NCBI GenBank assembly: GCA_946965045.2
Contig: OX337241.1
Location: forward strand, 2,294,001 to 2,358,000
Length of the DNA: 64,000 nucleotides
Source of the DNA: Epithemia pelagica
Taxonomy: Eukaryota; Protista; Bacillariophyta
Direction of reading: 5' to 3'
The notes under the pieces are model-generated. The model saw nothing but the letters and a program-made list of their open reading frames with translations, was not told the DNA's origin and did not search any database. Positions 1 through 11,607 of this stretch are shown here, piece after piece. Every line of letters begins with the position of its first letter. Positions within the stretch are counted from its first letter, which is position 1. The position numbers and the translations under genes are program-made.

Positions 1-911
1 TCCGAATCATTTAACTGATTTCCTTGACTTTCTATGGGAGTAGAAGCTTCTTCTTGTTCAGGTGGGCCTGTTCCATCATCGACCAATTGTTCTTGAGGTT
101 CTGTTTGCTCTACAGACGAGATTGTACGGTTGTTTTCAACGTCATCTTCATCATCCTCTTCTTCAATGTCGGAGAGAGTAGCACTAGGTCCCATAACAGG
201 AGGTTGAAATCGACTTGTAGGTATGGGCTGGGGGTCATTTCGCCTCCTCTGCCGTCGATCTTGTCGTCGTTTCTTCTTGTTGATTCTTGGGGGTGGACCA
301 TCAGGATATCTACGGGCCGTTGGTTTAACTAAATTACGGTGCTTGGCAATACATGTATAGGGACCCTTTTTCCTCTTCCGATTTACCTTGAGCTTTTCGC
401 CAGACTTTTCATCCCAGTCAGCGTTGTCACATTGACCACAGAAGAAAAAATCTTCATCCTCCCATTCTTTCAAACGGTTAGATCCGAAAACAGAGCAGGG
501 GACCCAGTCTTCATTCTTGAAGTCTTCGATGATCTTGTGGATGCGGCGGAGCTCGAAAACAGTGTCTTCAACGGGTGCATTATCTTCTTGGCGTTGGCTT
601 CTTGTTCGTTTGTTTGGAGATGCCGCAGAGGCAGGAGGTGGAGGACCGCCTCCTCTCTTTCTCGAGCCACGAGAGGGCTGTCTCTGCGAACGACGTTGTG
701 GTTGTAAGGGAGTTTTAGCTGGTTTCTTCTTGTTCTTTGTGACTTTCGTTGAGGTGGAACTGATTGGATCACCAGTATTTTCTTTGTTGGCAGAGGTGCT
801 GCAATTCTCTCGCAATGATGAGGGTAGAAATAGGTCGTTGCTTAGGGGGCAACAGGCGCAGGGATCCATGGTTCCTGTTTCGTTTGCTTGGTGAGAAGAG
901 CATGCAGACAT
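1..911 (-). CDS. Hypothetical protein, open reading frame running off the left window edge (>=303 aa), basic/acidic low complexity with a possible CxxC...CxxxH zinc site
   Basis: Manual translation from ATG at 911 (MSACSSHQANETG...FFFCGQCDNADWD...PYTCIAKHRN...IEEEDDEDD...) has no stop down to base 1; it is absent from the ORF track, presumably because it is unterminated. Confidence 0.6.
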   Translation of the reverse strand, partial: MSACSSHQANETGTMDPCACCPLSNDLFLPSSLRENCSTSANKENTGDPISSTSTKVTKNKKKPAKTPLQPQRRSQRQPSRGSRKRGGGPPPPASAASPNKRTRSQRQEDNAPVEDTVFELRRIHKIIEDFKNEDWVPCSVFGSNRLKEWEDEDFFFCGQCDNADWDEKSGEKLKVNRKRKKGPYTCIAKHRNLVKPTARRYPDGPPPRINKKKRRQDRRQRRRNDPQPIPTSRFQPPVMGPSATLSDIEEEDDEDDVENNRTISSVEQTEPQEQLVDDGTGPPEQEEASTPIESQGNQLNDS

Positions 912-1174
912 TGTTGTTTGTTGTCTCTCGGGGATAGGGATGTAATCCTTATAATGGTATCGAAATCAAGTCAAACGCAGTTGGACGAGATGGTTGGTTT
1001 TTGGAAAATTGGATGAGACTAATGTGCGATTAACATAGATTTACTGTAGTGGTATTAATGTTAGTGTTAGTGCGTCGGCTGAAGTTCCATAGGCCGCTCA
1101 TTTTTTGGTGGGTACCATCCGACGAAAAAAGGGGCTGTTCTTTTAGGAGCCAAATTTGGGAACCTATTGGATGT

Positions 1175-1251
1175 CTGAGAGCGAGACCAACGGCGGGGAA
1201 TGTTGCTTGGATGACCATTGGATCATTTCCGACCGTTGGTCTCGCTCTCAG
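1175..1251. repeat. 19-bp perfect inverted repeat (hairpin) with 39-nt spacer
   Basis: CTGAGAGCGAGACCAACGG (1175-1193) is the exact reverse complement of CCGTTGGTCTCGCTCTCAG (1233-1251). Confidence 0.9.
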
Positions 1252-2176
1252 GGGTCCAATTGATCCGTTGAAACGGGTCCAAGCTAGGGGCTACCCTAAA
1301 TCTCCAAAATTTTGGCTGATGGTAGTTTTTCATTTAACAAAAGGGCTTCTCACTATTTGTGTCATAGTAAATGAAGGCGCTTCTGGCCACGTCTCGGCAA
1401 GGCCGGCTACGACCGTTTACACCGTTAGCTGGTATTGATCGCCATGCCATCGGTTTCTTTCCGTTAGGCCTACTGTTTCGTTCATATATTGCTTGCTCTT
1501 CTGACTTCTCATCCAATCCCAACAGCGACCAACGATTGAAAAACTGGGACCTTTCATCAGTCATGGCTGGAGTAACGTTCTCGAACCACCATGGCACGCC
1601 AGCAATAAATTCAAAGTGGCAGTTCGATAACTATATCGATCTACCCACACTGTCCTCTTGAGATCATCCCTATTCGTAGCCGCCTTTTCGACTAACATGT
1701 CTCTACCCATTTGTTACCGTCATCTATTACATCCTTCTTTCCTGCTAAACTTTTGGTAATCTGCTCGCTTTCTTGCTTCGATTTTTTTCACCACATACAA
1801 CATTCAACAATCATCTTCTCCTCCAACCCCGTATGCTCACGCTAACAACCACTTTTCTCCTCCTGCTTCCAACTTTTCCATACGTAGCCTTCATCTAACC
1901 AACAATCTTTTCATCCCATCCTACTAGACGCAATAAAAACAATACCTAATGCATGTTCGTCCGATGCTGTTGATCATCGTAAAAGTTGCCTATGTAATCA
2001 CAAAATTAGAAGCGACGTTTTTCCCGTAAGAAGATTTCAGATAGAAATTTTTTGATTTTTGAAGTCGCTGATAGGGCCCCTACCCCAAGACGCTCCGACA
2101 TTGCGGGGCGATCCACGCGGTCGCACCCCGTATACCAAGAGAGGGCATATGCGCAATGCGTACGCGCAGCGCGAGA

Positions 2177-2290
2177 TAGCGGCGTTCCTTTAACGGAGAT
2201 CGTGGAGTTTATTTCCCTTTGGCTCCGCTAATCCGCTATCCGGATAGCGAGGCCAATCAGAAAGCCCCAATACGTCAGCATAGCGGCGCT
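2177..2290. repeat. Cluster of ATAGCG/CGCTA motifs including a 16-bp perfect palindrome
   Basis: CGCTATCCGGATAGCG at 2234-2249; ATAGCGGCG near 2177 and 2280; CCGCTA near 2225. Confidence 0.6.
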
Positions 2291-2851
2291 CGGGTGGAGA
2301 TAGCCTTATAACTAATACGAGAAATAATAGTGTCCCAAAACCCACGACATACAACCTATCAGTAGCTATCACTGGATCCATGTTGTCATCAGGAGCACTT
2401 ACGGATAGGAGTCGAACCTAAAGCACTAGGAGTAGGTAGCTAGTGAACCCTTACTCCACTTAAGTCTATAATAATAGAGCATAGGAGTAGACATCAAAGA
2501 GTCAAAGTGGTTGTTCCAACAGAGCATGGAGCGCAGAACTACAAGCAGTTCCGTTTTCGTTCCAATCTCCTGTACTCGGTACGTTTTTGGTGTCGTGGGA
2601 TGCCATATTTGAAATGAAGAACGTCTTTAACTCTGTAGCTGTTGAATGAAAGGAAAAAGGTGTACCTCGCACATCGCTCCATTGATTCGGACGCTCCCAC
2701 ATAATGAAATGCCACAGACGTAAACGAACATATGAAGTCTCCGAATTCACAACTCACACTAGACTGCTAGTTGATCTGATTGCATCGAACTTCATCAAGC
2801 AGTCCGCAATTTATACGCGCTCCTACACATTACATTGCACAGTCTGTTCGT

Positions 2852-3370
2852 TCACAGGTACGGAACTGGAGCTGCGAAGGTGAAACTTTCCTCATGCATT
2901 TGTAAGCCAAATCTTTCCAACATTAGCATACCCAAGATATTTCCTGGTTGATGCGTGTGTGGTGTGATGCGGACGGCTGACTTTCTCCCGGCAGTGGTAA
3001 TAAAAAGAGACCCCAAATCATCTGTTTCGATGCGACCGGCCGCTTCCAGCACGCTCATAGCCGGTTCCGAGAGATAAATATGAATTGGTGCACCTGTATC
3101 GCAAACGAAGGTGTACGGGACAAATCGATCGTCTCCGAGTCGCAGAGAAATGCGAACAAGCATTCGGAAACGTCCCCGCCGTGAATGGCGGATGAACTCT
3201 GGTGTAATAGGAGTTGAGCTGACAGTTCCGTCATCAGGATGGGCCATGTTGACATAATTTTCCGGAAAATCGTACTCTTGCAAAAGCAGATCAGCGTCTG
3301 CCGCATCACTCTGATCAACCATCAGTACTGATGCTGACGTATCTTCGAAGGGCTGCGGCATTCGGCTCAT
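2852..3370 (-). CDS. Stand-alone retropepsin-like (clan AA) aspartic protease, 172 aa
   Basis: Catalytic-type FVCDTGAP motif and downstream NILGMLML (hydrophobic-hydrophobic-Gly) motif typical of single-domain aspartic proteases; intact intronless ORF. Confidence 0.7.
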   Translation of the reverse strand: MSRMPQPFEDTSASVLMVDQSDAADADLLLQEYDFPENYVNMAHPDDGTVSSTPITPEFIRHSRRGRFRMLVRISLRLGDDRFVPYTFVCDTGAPIHIYLSEPAMSVLEAAGRIETDDLGSLFITTAGRKSAVRITPHTHQPGNILGMLMLERFGLQMHEESFTFAAPVPYL

Positions 3371-3840
3371 GGTATGGCGTCCGATAGGAGTGGACGGATA
3401 GAGTTCGTAATATCTGTCTTAGTCTGTTGTGTTTTCCAAGACCCTCATAGCATCGTATGATCACGACGATCCGTCAGACCGCCATTCACAAGGAAATTCG
3501 GGAATCTTGGCACGAATCCGAGATCGTCTCAAGGTTTATCATGTTGGTGTCCGCAGCCAATTTGGGTCGATGGTGGTGGACTGTCACTTTCTGTCCACTC
3601 TTGCAAAGTCATACGCCCAATCGGTTAATCTCTCGGATATTCGAAGAATCAAAACCATCGAAGAGCATTACGGCCTCTCGAGGTGTACGCGTCGCGATTA
3701 TGGACGCTGGGGAGTTGTTGAAAAAATGTCGTTCGCAGATCTCACGAAGCGTGAAGCGTGAACATCTCTGCATCTTTTGTCGGGCGGGTACAGCGAGAAG
3801 ATTCGAGAGTGCTTCTGTTGCTTCTATTCGTTGTCCTACC

Positions 3841-4630
3841 ATGAAGATAACAATCATATTCCTGCTGTTACTATCTGGGATCTCCCTGGCCAAAGGCGGA
3901 ACCAATGAAGAAGGAGTGGAGTTTTTGAAGGCGAACAAGGCTAAAGAAGGGGTCATTGAGCTGGCCTCTGGTTTGCAGTACAAGGTCTTGACGAACGGCA
4001 CGGGCGTCTACCATCCATTGGTTGGTACCCCTTGTTCTTGTCATTATCAAGGCCAATTGATCGACGGTACCGTGTTCGACTCTTCGTACGAGCGAGGAAG
4101 CCCCACAACATTTGGTAGGTCGAATTGAACACGCTTGTAAAATGTGATGCCTCTTCTTTTGTTTCATCGTTGATTTCCTTTGTGTTTTTCGATTACCAAT
4201 AGCGCCAAACCAAGTGATCAAGGGGTGGACGGAAGCAATGCAACTCATGGTTCAGGGCGATAAATGGGAGATGTACATTCCGAGTGAGTTAGGTTATGGC
4301 GACGGTGGAAGTCCTCCCAAAATTCCCGGTGGATCTGTCCTTGTGTTTCAAATGGAAATAATGGAACTGCTCGGTCCTGGTAAAATGGCAATGAAATGCA
4401 ACGTGGAAACTGGAGATTTATGCAGTGAGAAAGAATTGGCCTACATAGCCAAGGTAAAGGCATGGGAAGACGTGTCGAAAGGACCTAGTGAACTGGCTCG
4501 ACTACGAAAGATTATTGCCAGCTCAGAGAAATCGGTGAAACCAGAATTGGTTTCGTGGATGCAAAATCGGATATTTCTCCTGGAAAAAATGCTTGGAACA
4601 GCTTCAGGTGAACCAGAACAGGAACTCTAG
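3841..4630 (+). CDS. FKBP-type peptidyl-prolyl cis-trans isomerase with signal peptide and helical C-terminal extension; exons 3841-4114, 4203-4630
   Basis: MKITIIFLLLLSGISLA signal peptide; FKBP motifs SGLQYKVL, HYQGQLIDGTVFDSS; the GT-AG intron 4115-4202 restores F-APNQVIKGWTEAMQLM; GYGDGG-P-IPGGSVLVF; C-terminus EQEL resembles an ER-retrieval signal. Confidence 0.93.
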
Positions 4631-5076
4631 GTCGATTGTCCTATGAGCTTCATGTTTCCCTGTGCATTCTTGAGAGTTTCATGACTATTTAATCTAACAC
4701 GATAACCCTATACCATTCATTTCACGGTAGGTTCTTCTTCCATAGGTAGGTTAGAAGCGTATTCAGTATCCACCAAGAACCTGACCTACATACAAAGCTC
4801 TTTTGTTGTTGATGACAAGAAAAAAAAAGAGGCATTTTGGGGAAAACATGGCCCACCGAAAGATCCCCACCGTCGCCGACGGAAGATCGCGCGGTGGGAG
4901 TATGACCCCAATGACAGTTTTGTTAGCTTTGCCTTGCGACCGCTGGAGTGTAGTATCCTGTGGATTTCATTTTTGGCCACTTCATCCACAGCAACCTTTG
5001 GTGAAAAGCAATAAGCAAAAGAGGCAACCAAATTGCCACCAACGCATCCTCACCCAGACATTCAGTAACCCACATA

Positions 5077-6604
5077 ATGGCAGACAATGCAGACGATGAT
5101 TTGGTCGAATACGACGAAGAAGAAGTAAGGAAGCTGTTGCATAAGCGCTCGTCGTGATCACGTGAAATTTTGGTATTGCTCCGTCGTGTTTGGCGCGTTT
5201 GTACTGACGGGTCTCGGCTTGCTGCTCCTAGGTCGTCGCGGATGTAGCTGGTGGGAGCAAATCGAAAGATGGCAGTAAAAAGGGACACTATGTGGGCATT
5301 CACGCATCTGGATTTAAAGATTTCCTGTTGAAGCCGGAGTTGTTACGGGCCATTGTGGACGCAGGGTTTGAGCATCCATCGGAAGTGCAACATGAATCCA
5401 TTCCTCAAGCAGTCTTGGGTGGGGATATTGTCTGTCAAGCAAAGTCAGGAATGGGGAAGACCGCAGGTACGACCATTTTCGGGTGACAGGAAGAAGTTCT
5501 ATCGTATTTCTCGTGTGGAATGATGAATTCAATTGCCTCATTGCCCGTTTGCCATGCAACCTACAATTTCTGCACCCTCTAGTCTTTGTATTGGCGACTT
5601 TGCATCAACTGAATCCAACGGCATCAACTGGAGGAGAAGGTGATGAAGAGGAAAAGAATGATGTGCAGGTTCTCGTTTTGTGTCACACTCGCGAATTGGC
5701 CTTTCAGATTGCCCATGAATATGAACGTTTTTCCAAGTACCTTTCTTCCATTAAGACTGCGGTGTTCTACGGTGGTGTGAACATTAAACAAAATCGCGAA
5801 ATCCTTAAGAAGGATCACCCTCATATCGTCGTTGGAACGCCTGGCCGTATTTTGGGCTTGGCCAAGGAAAAAACTCTCAAACTCAGCGGAATCAAGCATT
5901 TCGTCTTGGATGAGTGTGATCGAGTGTTGGAGTCGCTCGATATGCGTAGAGATGTGCAAGAAATTTTCCGCATGACGCCTCATGAAAAACAGGTGTTGTT
6001 GTTTTCTGCGACGTTGTCAAAGGAAATCCGACCGGTCTGCAAAAAGTTTTGTCAAGATCCCATGGAAATTTATGTCGACGACGAAACCAAACTCACTCTT
6101 CACGGGTTGCAGCTTTATTATGCCAAACTTGCCGAGGCAGAAAAGAACCGAAAACTGAACGACTTGCTCGATGCACTCGAGTTTAATCAAGTGGTGATTT
6201 TTGTTTCAAAGGTCGCTCGTGCCAAGGAGTTGAATCGGTTATTGACGGAATGCAACTTTCCTTCCATTTGCATTCATGCGGGGATGAAACAAGAAGAGCG
6301 GATTTCTCAGTACAAATCCTTCAAAGAGTTCAATGCCCGCATCTTGGTCGCAACCGATTTGTTTGGACGTGGTATTGATATTGAACGTGTCAATGTTGTG
6401 ATAAACTATGACTTTCCCGATGATTCAGACCAGTTCTTGCATCGTGTCGGACGTGCAGGTCGATTTGGAACGAAGGGAATCGCCATCTCCTTTATTAGTT
6501 CGGAGCCCGACCAAGAGATCCTCAACAAAGTCCAGTCACGTTTCGAAGTCAACATTCCTGAACTTCCGGATGAGATTGACATGTCCACTTACATGAGCAC
6601 GTAA
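5077..6604 (+). CDS. UAP56: DEAD/DECD-box RNA helicase UAP56/SUB2 (DDX39); exons 5077-5124, 5232-5466, 5583-6604
   Basis: [45 protein letters not shown] restored by splicing, DECD motif, [14 protein letters not shown]; two canonical GT-AG introns. Confidence 0.97.
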
Positions 6605-6965
6605 TTGGACAGTGAACGTTAGACTTATATGATTTAAGGGGAAGAGGAGGTTGGTGGACCGGTTGATAATGAAATGTCTAGGTAGTATAGGCTTATTGCA
6701 CTTTCACTTCAAAAAGCGAACGCTGACATGCTGTTTAAGTGGGTATGGGCAAAAGTTACAGGCCAATCAACGTTGCCCTACAGCAGCAGAGACGGTGATG
6801 TTTGTGAGACCAACAAATCTCGTGAGAAAGACGCAATCTCGTCCTTCATAGATGACCCAGAGTTCACTCCAAAGTTAACAACTTCGATTGTAGTTGAAAA
6901 AGGAGAGGTAGTTCGACCCGCAATTTTTTGGAGTCCACGTCATTCCACGGCGATATTTCTCACTG

Positions 6966-7940
6966 ATGATAAGACCAGTCCTAAGGATAAGTCGTAGAAG
7001 TCCCCAAACCCCAACACACAAACACACAAACGACGATGATACTTGTCGTGTGGACTCGTTTGGTTCCATGTCGCCGCTACTAGTAAAGACAGGTCGAACC
7101 ACCCGCAATGAGTTTCCCACCATTCGTAGCAAAGCTGTATGGATGACCCTCTTCGTGTTTGTGTGGGTGTTCCTATGTCAGATCCTTTTAAGTGTGCGTC
7201 TTTCTCAAAGCATGTGGACCCCGTTCGCAACTGTTATGAACAATCAAGCTTTCACAACGGCCGCAGATCCTTCCGCACAGGACGTCGACAATCGGACATC
7301 TCAACGTGATCCGGCAACCGTTGCGAATGATACATCCATTGGGGAGCACAAAGAGTCCTTGCCGGTCCCTTCTGCTCGTTTGCGACTGGATTGGACGCAA
7401 TTGGACCTGCACTCTCCCATGGCCAAACGAATCGCAGCTCATCAAAGTTCTTGTACCTTAGTATGCCCGAGGCAACATTTCGATGGCGAAACTGCTGCGG
7501 AATGGGCAGTGATTTGCACCTGTGGTCCCTTGCCATGTGCAGAGGCATGAGGCTCGGCCAGCGTCTCATCTCAGCTCGACCATGGAACTTTCGGGACCAA
7601 CTTACTTGCCCCAGCAACGACAACTCGTCCACGACGTGCTACTTTTTACAATCCGAGGATTTGTGTCCCATTTCCGATGCGCACGCCGCTGCCAAGAACA
7701 ATAATATCACAAGCTATCCTTCACGCTCTCAACTCAAGATCAGACAGATTAATCCTGCTATACACGATGCATGCTTGTCGACACTGCAAAAGGCAAATAT
7801 CACCAAGGAAGAATTTCGTGGGTCGGCCATGGAGTTTCTGTTTTCAAGAATTTCTTCCAGAGTTGTAGACGCTGCCCGTTGAGAGACTCCCACGTGTCTT
7901 TCCACCTCATGGCATTGTGCCACCCAACTTGATAACCGTA
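6966..7940 (+). pseudogene. 5' half of a GT23/FUT8-like (alpha-1,6-fucosyltransferase-like) gene, frameshifted
   Basis: TM anchor (TLFVFVWVFLCQILLSV), AHQSSCTL then a frameshift at 7461-7465 to PEATFRWRNCCGMGSDLHLWSLAMC; a second +1 shift near 7880 gives ARERLPRVFPPHGIVPPNLITV, ending just before the HIRWGDK motif found at 18677. Confidence 0.7.
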
Positions 7941-8247
7941 GACATAATAATGTGTGTAATATTTTTTATAGCAAATAGCTTGTTATATTCTAGAATATTA
8001 GTTCTGGCGAGGCCCATGCTGTAGTGCGGCCGATTCCAGGCAAGTATATCATGTCGGCATATTCTTAATGTTGGGACTGCTTCGTATATCTTCCCCAATG
8101 CAGAGCTTACCAAATGGAGCACGTGATCCATCAATAATCAAAAGTTAGAGGAAAGATCGCTAGCTTAAAGAACCCAAGAAAGAAAAGCAAGCGCGAGCGG
8201 ACCGACCATGAGCAGAGTTCTGTTCGTCGTGCGTGACGAAGAGGAGG

Positions 8248-8368
8248 CGGGTTGTGGGCCTCGGCAGGGCTCGTTCCCAATGGACATTACCAACAGACAA
8301 TATTCGGTCCCGTCATCCACGATTTCCTTGGTCATGTATCGGCGGCTGCTGCCGGCCTTGGGCTCGAT
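8248..8368. repeat. 121-bp exact direct copy of 9688-9808 (coding fragment of the neighbouring gene)
   Basis: Base-for-base identity at an offset of 1440 bp. Confidence 0.95.
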
Positions 8369-9553
8369 TGTGACATTTGCGATTCGGATTCGGACTGTTG
8401 CACGGCATGTCTTGATGGATAGAAAAGCTTCTCCGCCTCAAGTCTAACGCAGTGTCTTTGTATTTTGTATGTTATTCCACAACAAGGACATTTTCAACGG
8501 AGCTTGTTGAAATTGCAATAGTGTTGCAAATTGATAGGATATTTAGGACCAACCAGTGTGGTCTTTGGAATCAAAGCTGAACTTCTACCTGCTTTATCCA
8601 CACGAATACGAGATACGCGTGCATCACAGTTCTCGCTGCTAGTGTGCTTGTGTTTTTGTGCTTGTGTAACAGCAGTTTCGAGGAGAAGAAGGAGAAGTAG
8701 CGTTCGTGTGGATGAAAGAGATACAAAATGATTCCCTCTTTATTATGGGTTGGGCGCTTCTGTGGTACATGTCGCCCTGCGTGTGGATAAAGGCAGACGC
8801 GGGAAGGATACATCCGAGAGTTGTTCTTTTAGGTCATTTCTAGTTTTTCTAAACACTTAAGTTACGGCCTCGCTGGAATGTGTGGATGGCGCGGCATTTG
8901 AAAGAGGAGAAAACCGTTGGAATTAGGTCCCCAACTCCCCAATCCTGAATCCTTATACAGCCGAAAGCCACAATTCGAGCACACAACGAACACAAACACA
9001 ACACTTCACTACTAGAGAGTAGTCCCATGACATGACTATCATTGGCAATTGGAGTAATAACAGCTTGCTGATGAGTCGAGAAGCCAATGGAGCGTTCTCC
9101 TGCACCTTGACGAGACAATGCTGGTCGGCGGCATAAAAGGAGGAAAGGACGGTTTCTGGCTAAAGGCCAAGGCCAGTTCCACGTCCGACGTGGGATATTG
9201 ATCACAGGCCGGCGGACAAGGGCCGCTGTCGGGACACGGAGGAGGACGACATGTTGGTGGTGGTTGTATGGGATATATGGTACAGTTTTCTTGATGATCG
9301 AACGGCGTAATGTTTTATTGACTCCGCCTCTCGTCTTCTGTGAGAGATGATGATTGATGCGTTCGGATATACACTACCATCCTATCACCATTGAAGGCGA
9401 GTTCTCAACAACGCTGTACTATATATGATCAAACTAGGTAGTCCTTGAGCTGCGGTTTTGGCAGTAGTACATCGCAGCGCCTCATGCACAAACACGCAAT
9501 CGTTATTCAAACAGATATCATCATTCATCATCCATGTTACTACAAGGCCATGA

Positions 9554-10471
9554 CTAGAAGAGCAAGGCCGACGACAAGAACAACAATGTGGTCGTCACGC
9601 CAAGAACTGTCACTCGGGAGGCACTCGAGTCAGGAGATGGCGCTGGTGTCGTCGGAGCCGCGGTAGGCTCCAACAACTTTCCTCCTTCGGGTTGTGGGCC
9701 TCGGCAGGGCTCGTTCCCAATGGACATTACCAACAGACAATATTCGGTCCCGTCATCCACGATTTCCTTGGTCATGTATCGGCGGCTGCTGCCGGCCTTG
9801 GGCTCGATCCAGTCTTCCCGTGTCAGGGAAGGAGGGAAAGCTTGTTTGTCGTCGCCGCAAAGATCCAGGTCCTCTCCGAGGATCGCGTGGATGGAAATCC
9901 CATCCTCGTACCCGCCCGTAATGTTCTTGTCGGGTGAATTCCATGATTCGCACGCAAAGGATACCTTCAGCGTCGAATTGGTGGTGGGAAGCGTCATTCC
10001 CAAGGAGGTACAGGCTCTCGGTTCGACTCTGAAATAGGAATTTCCGGAACCAAACTCATCCTCCTCGTCTGGGTCTTGGTTGCTTCCGTCAGTAGCCACT
10101 GGACAGGAATTCTGCTCAGCAATCAAATCCTCGCAACTTCCCTGGGCGATCTTCATGGCCACGAATCCCGTTCTGTAGTACGGCTCGCCCTGTCCATTGA
10201 TATAGTAGGGGATCGATTCGTTTCCCACGGCTCGTTGGAACTCGGGGTCGGCTTCCAAGCCATCGCAAAGGGGTTGATCCAAAACGTCAGGAAAGCGATA
10301 GGGAGGGTCGCTGCGCTGGGCCAAGGAGCACGCTAAGACGTGGGGAACCAAGGAATTCGTTCCGCAGGTCGTGTCGGCCTGGCAAGCACATCCCGGGACG
10401 TCGTTGTCGGCATTTATCGTCGTGGCTAGTAGTAGTGCCAATGTGAGGTAATGAAGGTTGGGCGTTTGCAT
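9554..10471 (-). CDS. Secreted, probably GPI-anchored or membrane-tethered Cys-containing surface protein (~305 aa)
   Basis: MQTPNLHYLTLALLLATTINA signal peptide, multiple Cys, Pro/Thr-rich linker PTAAPTTPAPSPDSSAS and hydrophobic C-terminal tail; start taken at the in-frame ATG at 10471 (ORF track extends to 10603). Confidence 0.8.
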   Translation of the reverse strand: MQTPNLHYLTLALLLATTINADNDVPGCACQADTTCGTNSLVPHVLACSLAQRSDPPYRFPDVLDQPLCDGLEADPEFQRAVGNESIPYYINGQGEPYYRTGFVAMKIAQGSCEDLIAEQNSCPVATDGSNQDPDEEDEFGSGNSYFRVEPRACTSLGMTLPTTNSTLKVSFACESWNSPDKNITGGYEDGISIHAILGEDLDLCGDDKQAFPPSLTREDWIEPKAGSSRRYMTKEIVDDGTEYCLLVMSIGNEPCRGPQPEGGKLLEPTAAPTTPAPSPDSSASRVTVLGVTTTLLFLSSALLF

Positions 10472-10946
10472 CACGGTTGGTTGCTGTAGTTTAAGTTTGA
10501 GGCTTGATGAAATTGTTTTCATGAAATAATGAGAACAGGAAGTCAATGAGAACAAAATGTCATCTTTGACGTTGAAATGCTCCCGCGGAAAGGTATCGCT
10601 CACTCATAATCGCTCATAGCATTGAGGCGCGAATGAACCGATTCGTGCCAAAATCAATCGTGCGCTCTCGAAGGAACTCAAAGGAACATACACGGGAATA
10701 GCGAAACTCGCTAATGATTAGCGAGAATTTAGCGACGAGCCAGTAAAATATTGGAAAAATTAGAAATGCTAAGTAGACGTTTTCCTGTGGCATATACATA
10801 GGTAAAAATAGAAATATTTAGACGAGAAATCAAGACTAAAGGCAATATTCTCTTTATCATGTGTTGATATTATGCCAAATGTTCGGAGTTGGTTGGGAAC
10901 ATACTTATAGTATTGTATCTAGATACTACAGAAGAAAAAAGTTTTC

Positions 10947-11053
10947 CCGAATGTCTGTCAAAAAGCTACCTGAAACTCCGAATGTCTGTCAAAAAGCTAC
11001 CTGAAACTCCGAATGTCTGTCAAACAACTACCCGGAAAGTCTGTCATTTCACT
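10947..11053 (+). repeat. 31-bp tandem repeat (2 full copies + 1 degenerate) carrying the GTCTGTCA motif
   Basis: CCGAATGTCTGTCAAAAAGCTACCTGAAACT at 10947 and 10978, partial at 11009; further GAAAGTCTGTCATTTCACT at 11035-11053. Confidence 0.9.
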
Positions 11054-11607
11054 TTTTCATGCCTGAATCAGGGTTGTGAAGCTACTTATTCATATTTCAA
11101 CTGATCTGACGTAATTTGGTCATTAAATTCATATATCATATATTTTTCGAATTAATTCTCCCATTTTTCCTGCCATGAATTATTCTAAGAATTAATTCCT
11201 CATATCTCTCGCCATACACATATATTCTATAATGATATTACCCACCATTCTAGTAGGGTAATATCCCCCCACATTCCTCACGACCTCATTGTCTGGCCTC
11301 CGTTCTTGACCAAATTAATCCTCATCCTACGAATATGACATCATTTACTGACATTTGTCAGTTAATAGTGTCATCGCCGCAATCACTGTATTTACCCTTA
11401 GTAACTGACGCAAAGATAGACACTGCCCCCCTCTGCGAATCTTATTATTGAAAACAAACAGATGAGAAATGGATCACATGGTCACTGCACCTCCAAAGAT
11501 TGCGTACCTCTACCTTCAACAATCAGCCAAAGTTCCATCGCAGGATCAGACTCACTCTCCCACCGATCCCTGATCACTAGTTGGTGAAGTTATTGACAAC
11601 AAGAATC

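Noticed and set aside
1334-1970. Possible degenerate minus-strand coding remnant
   Set aside because: Frequent stops and no recognisable motif; cannot be supported.
8849-9260. 118-aa ORF and an overlapping stop-interrupted frame
   Set aside because: No recognisable domain; may be a decayed fragment but cannot be identified.
10947-11040. CRISPR-like array
   Set aside because: The units are directly adjacent with no unique spacers, the context is eukaryotic, and there are no cas genes.
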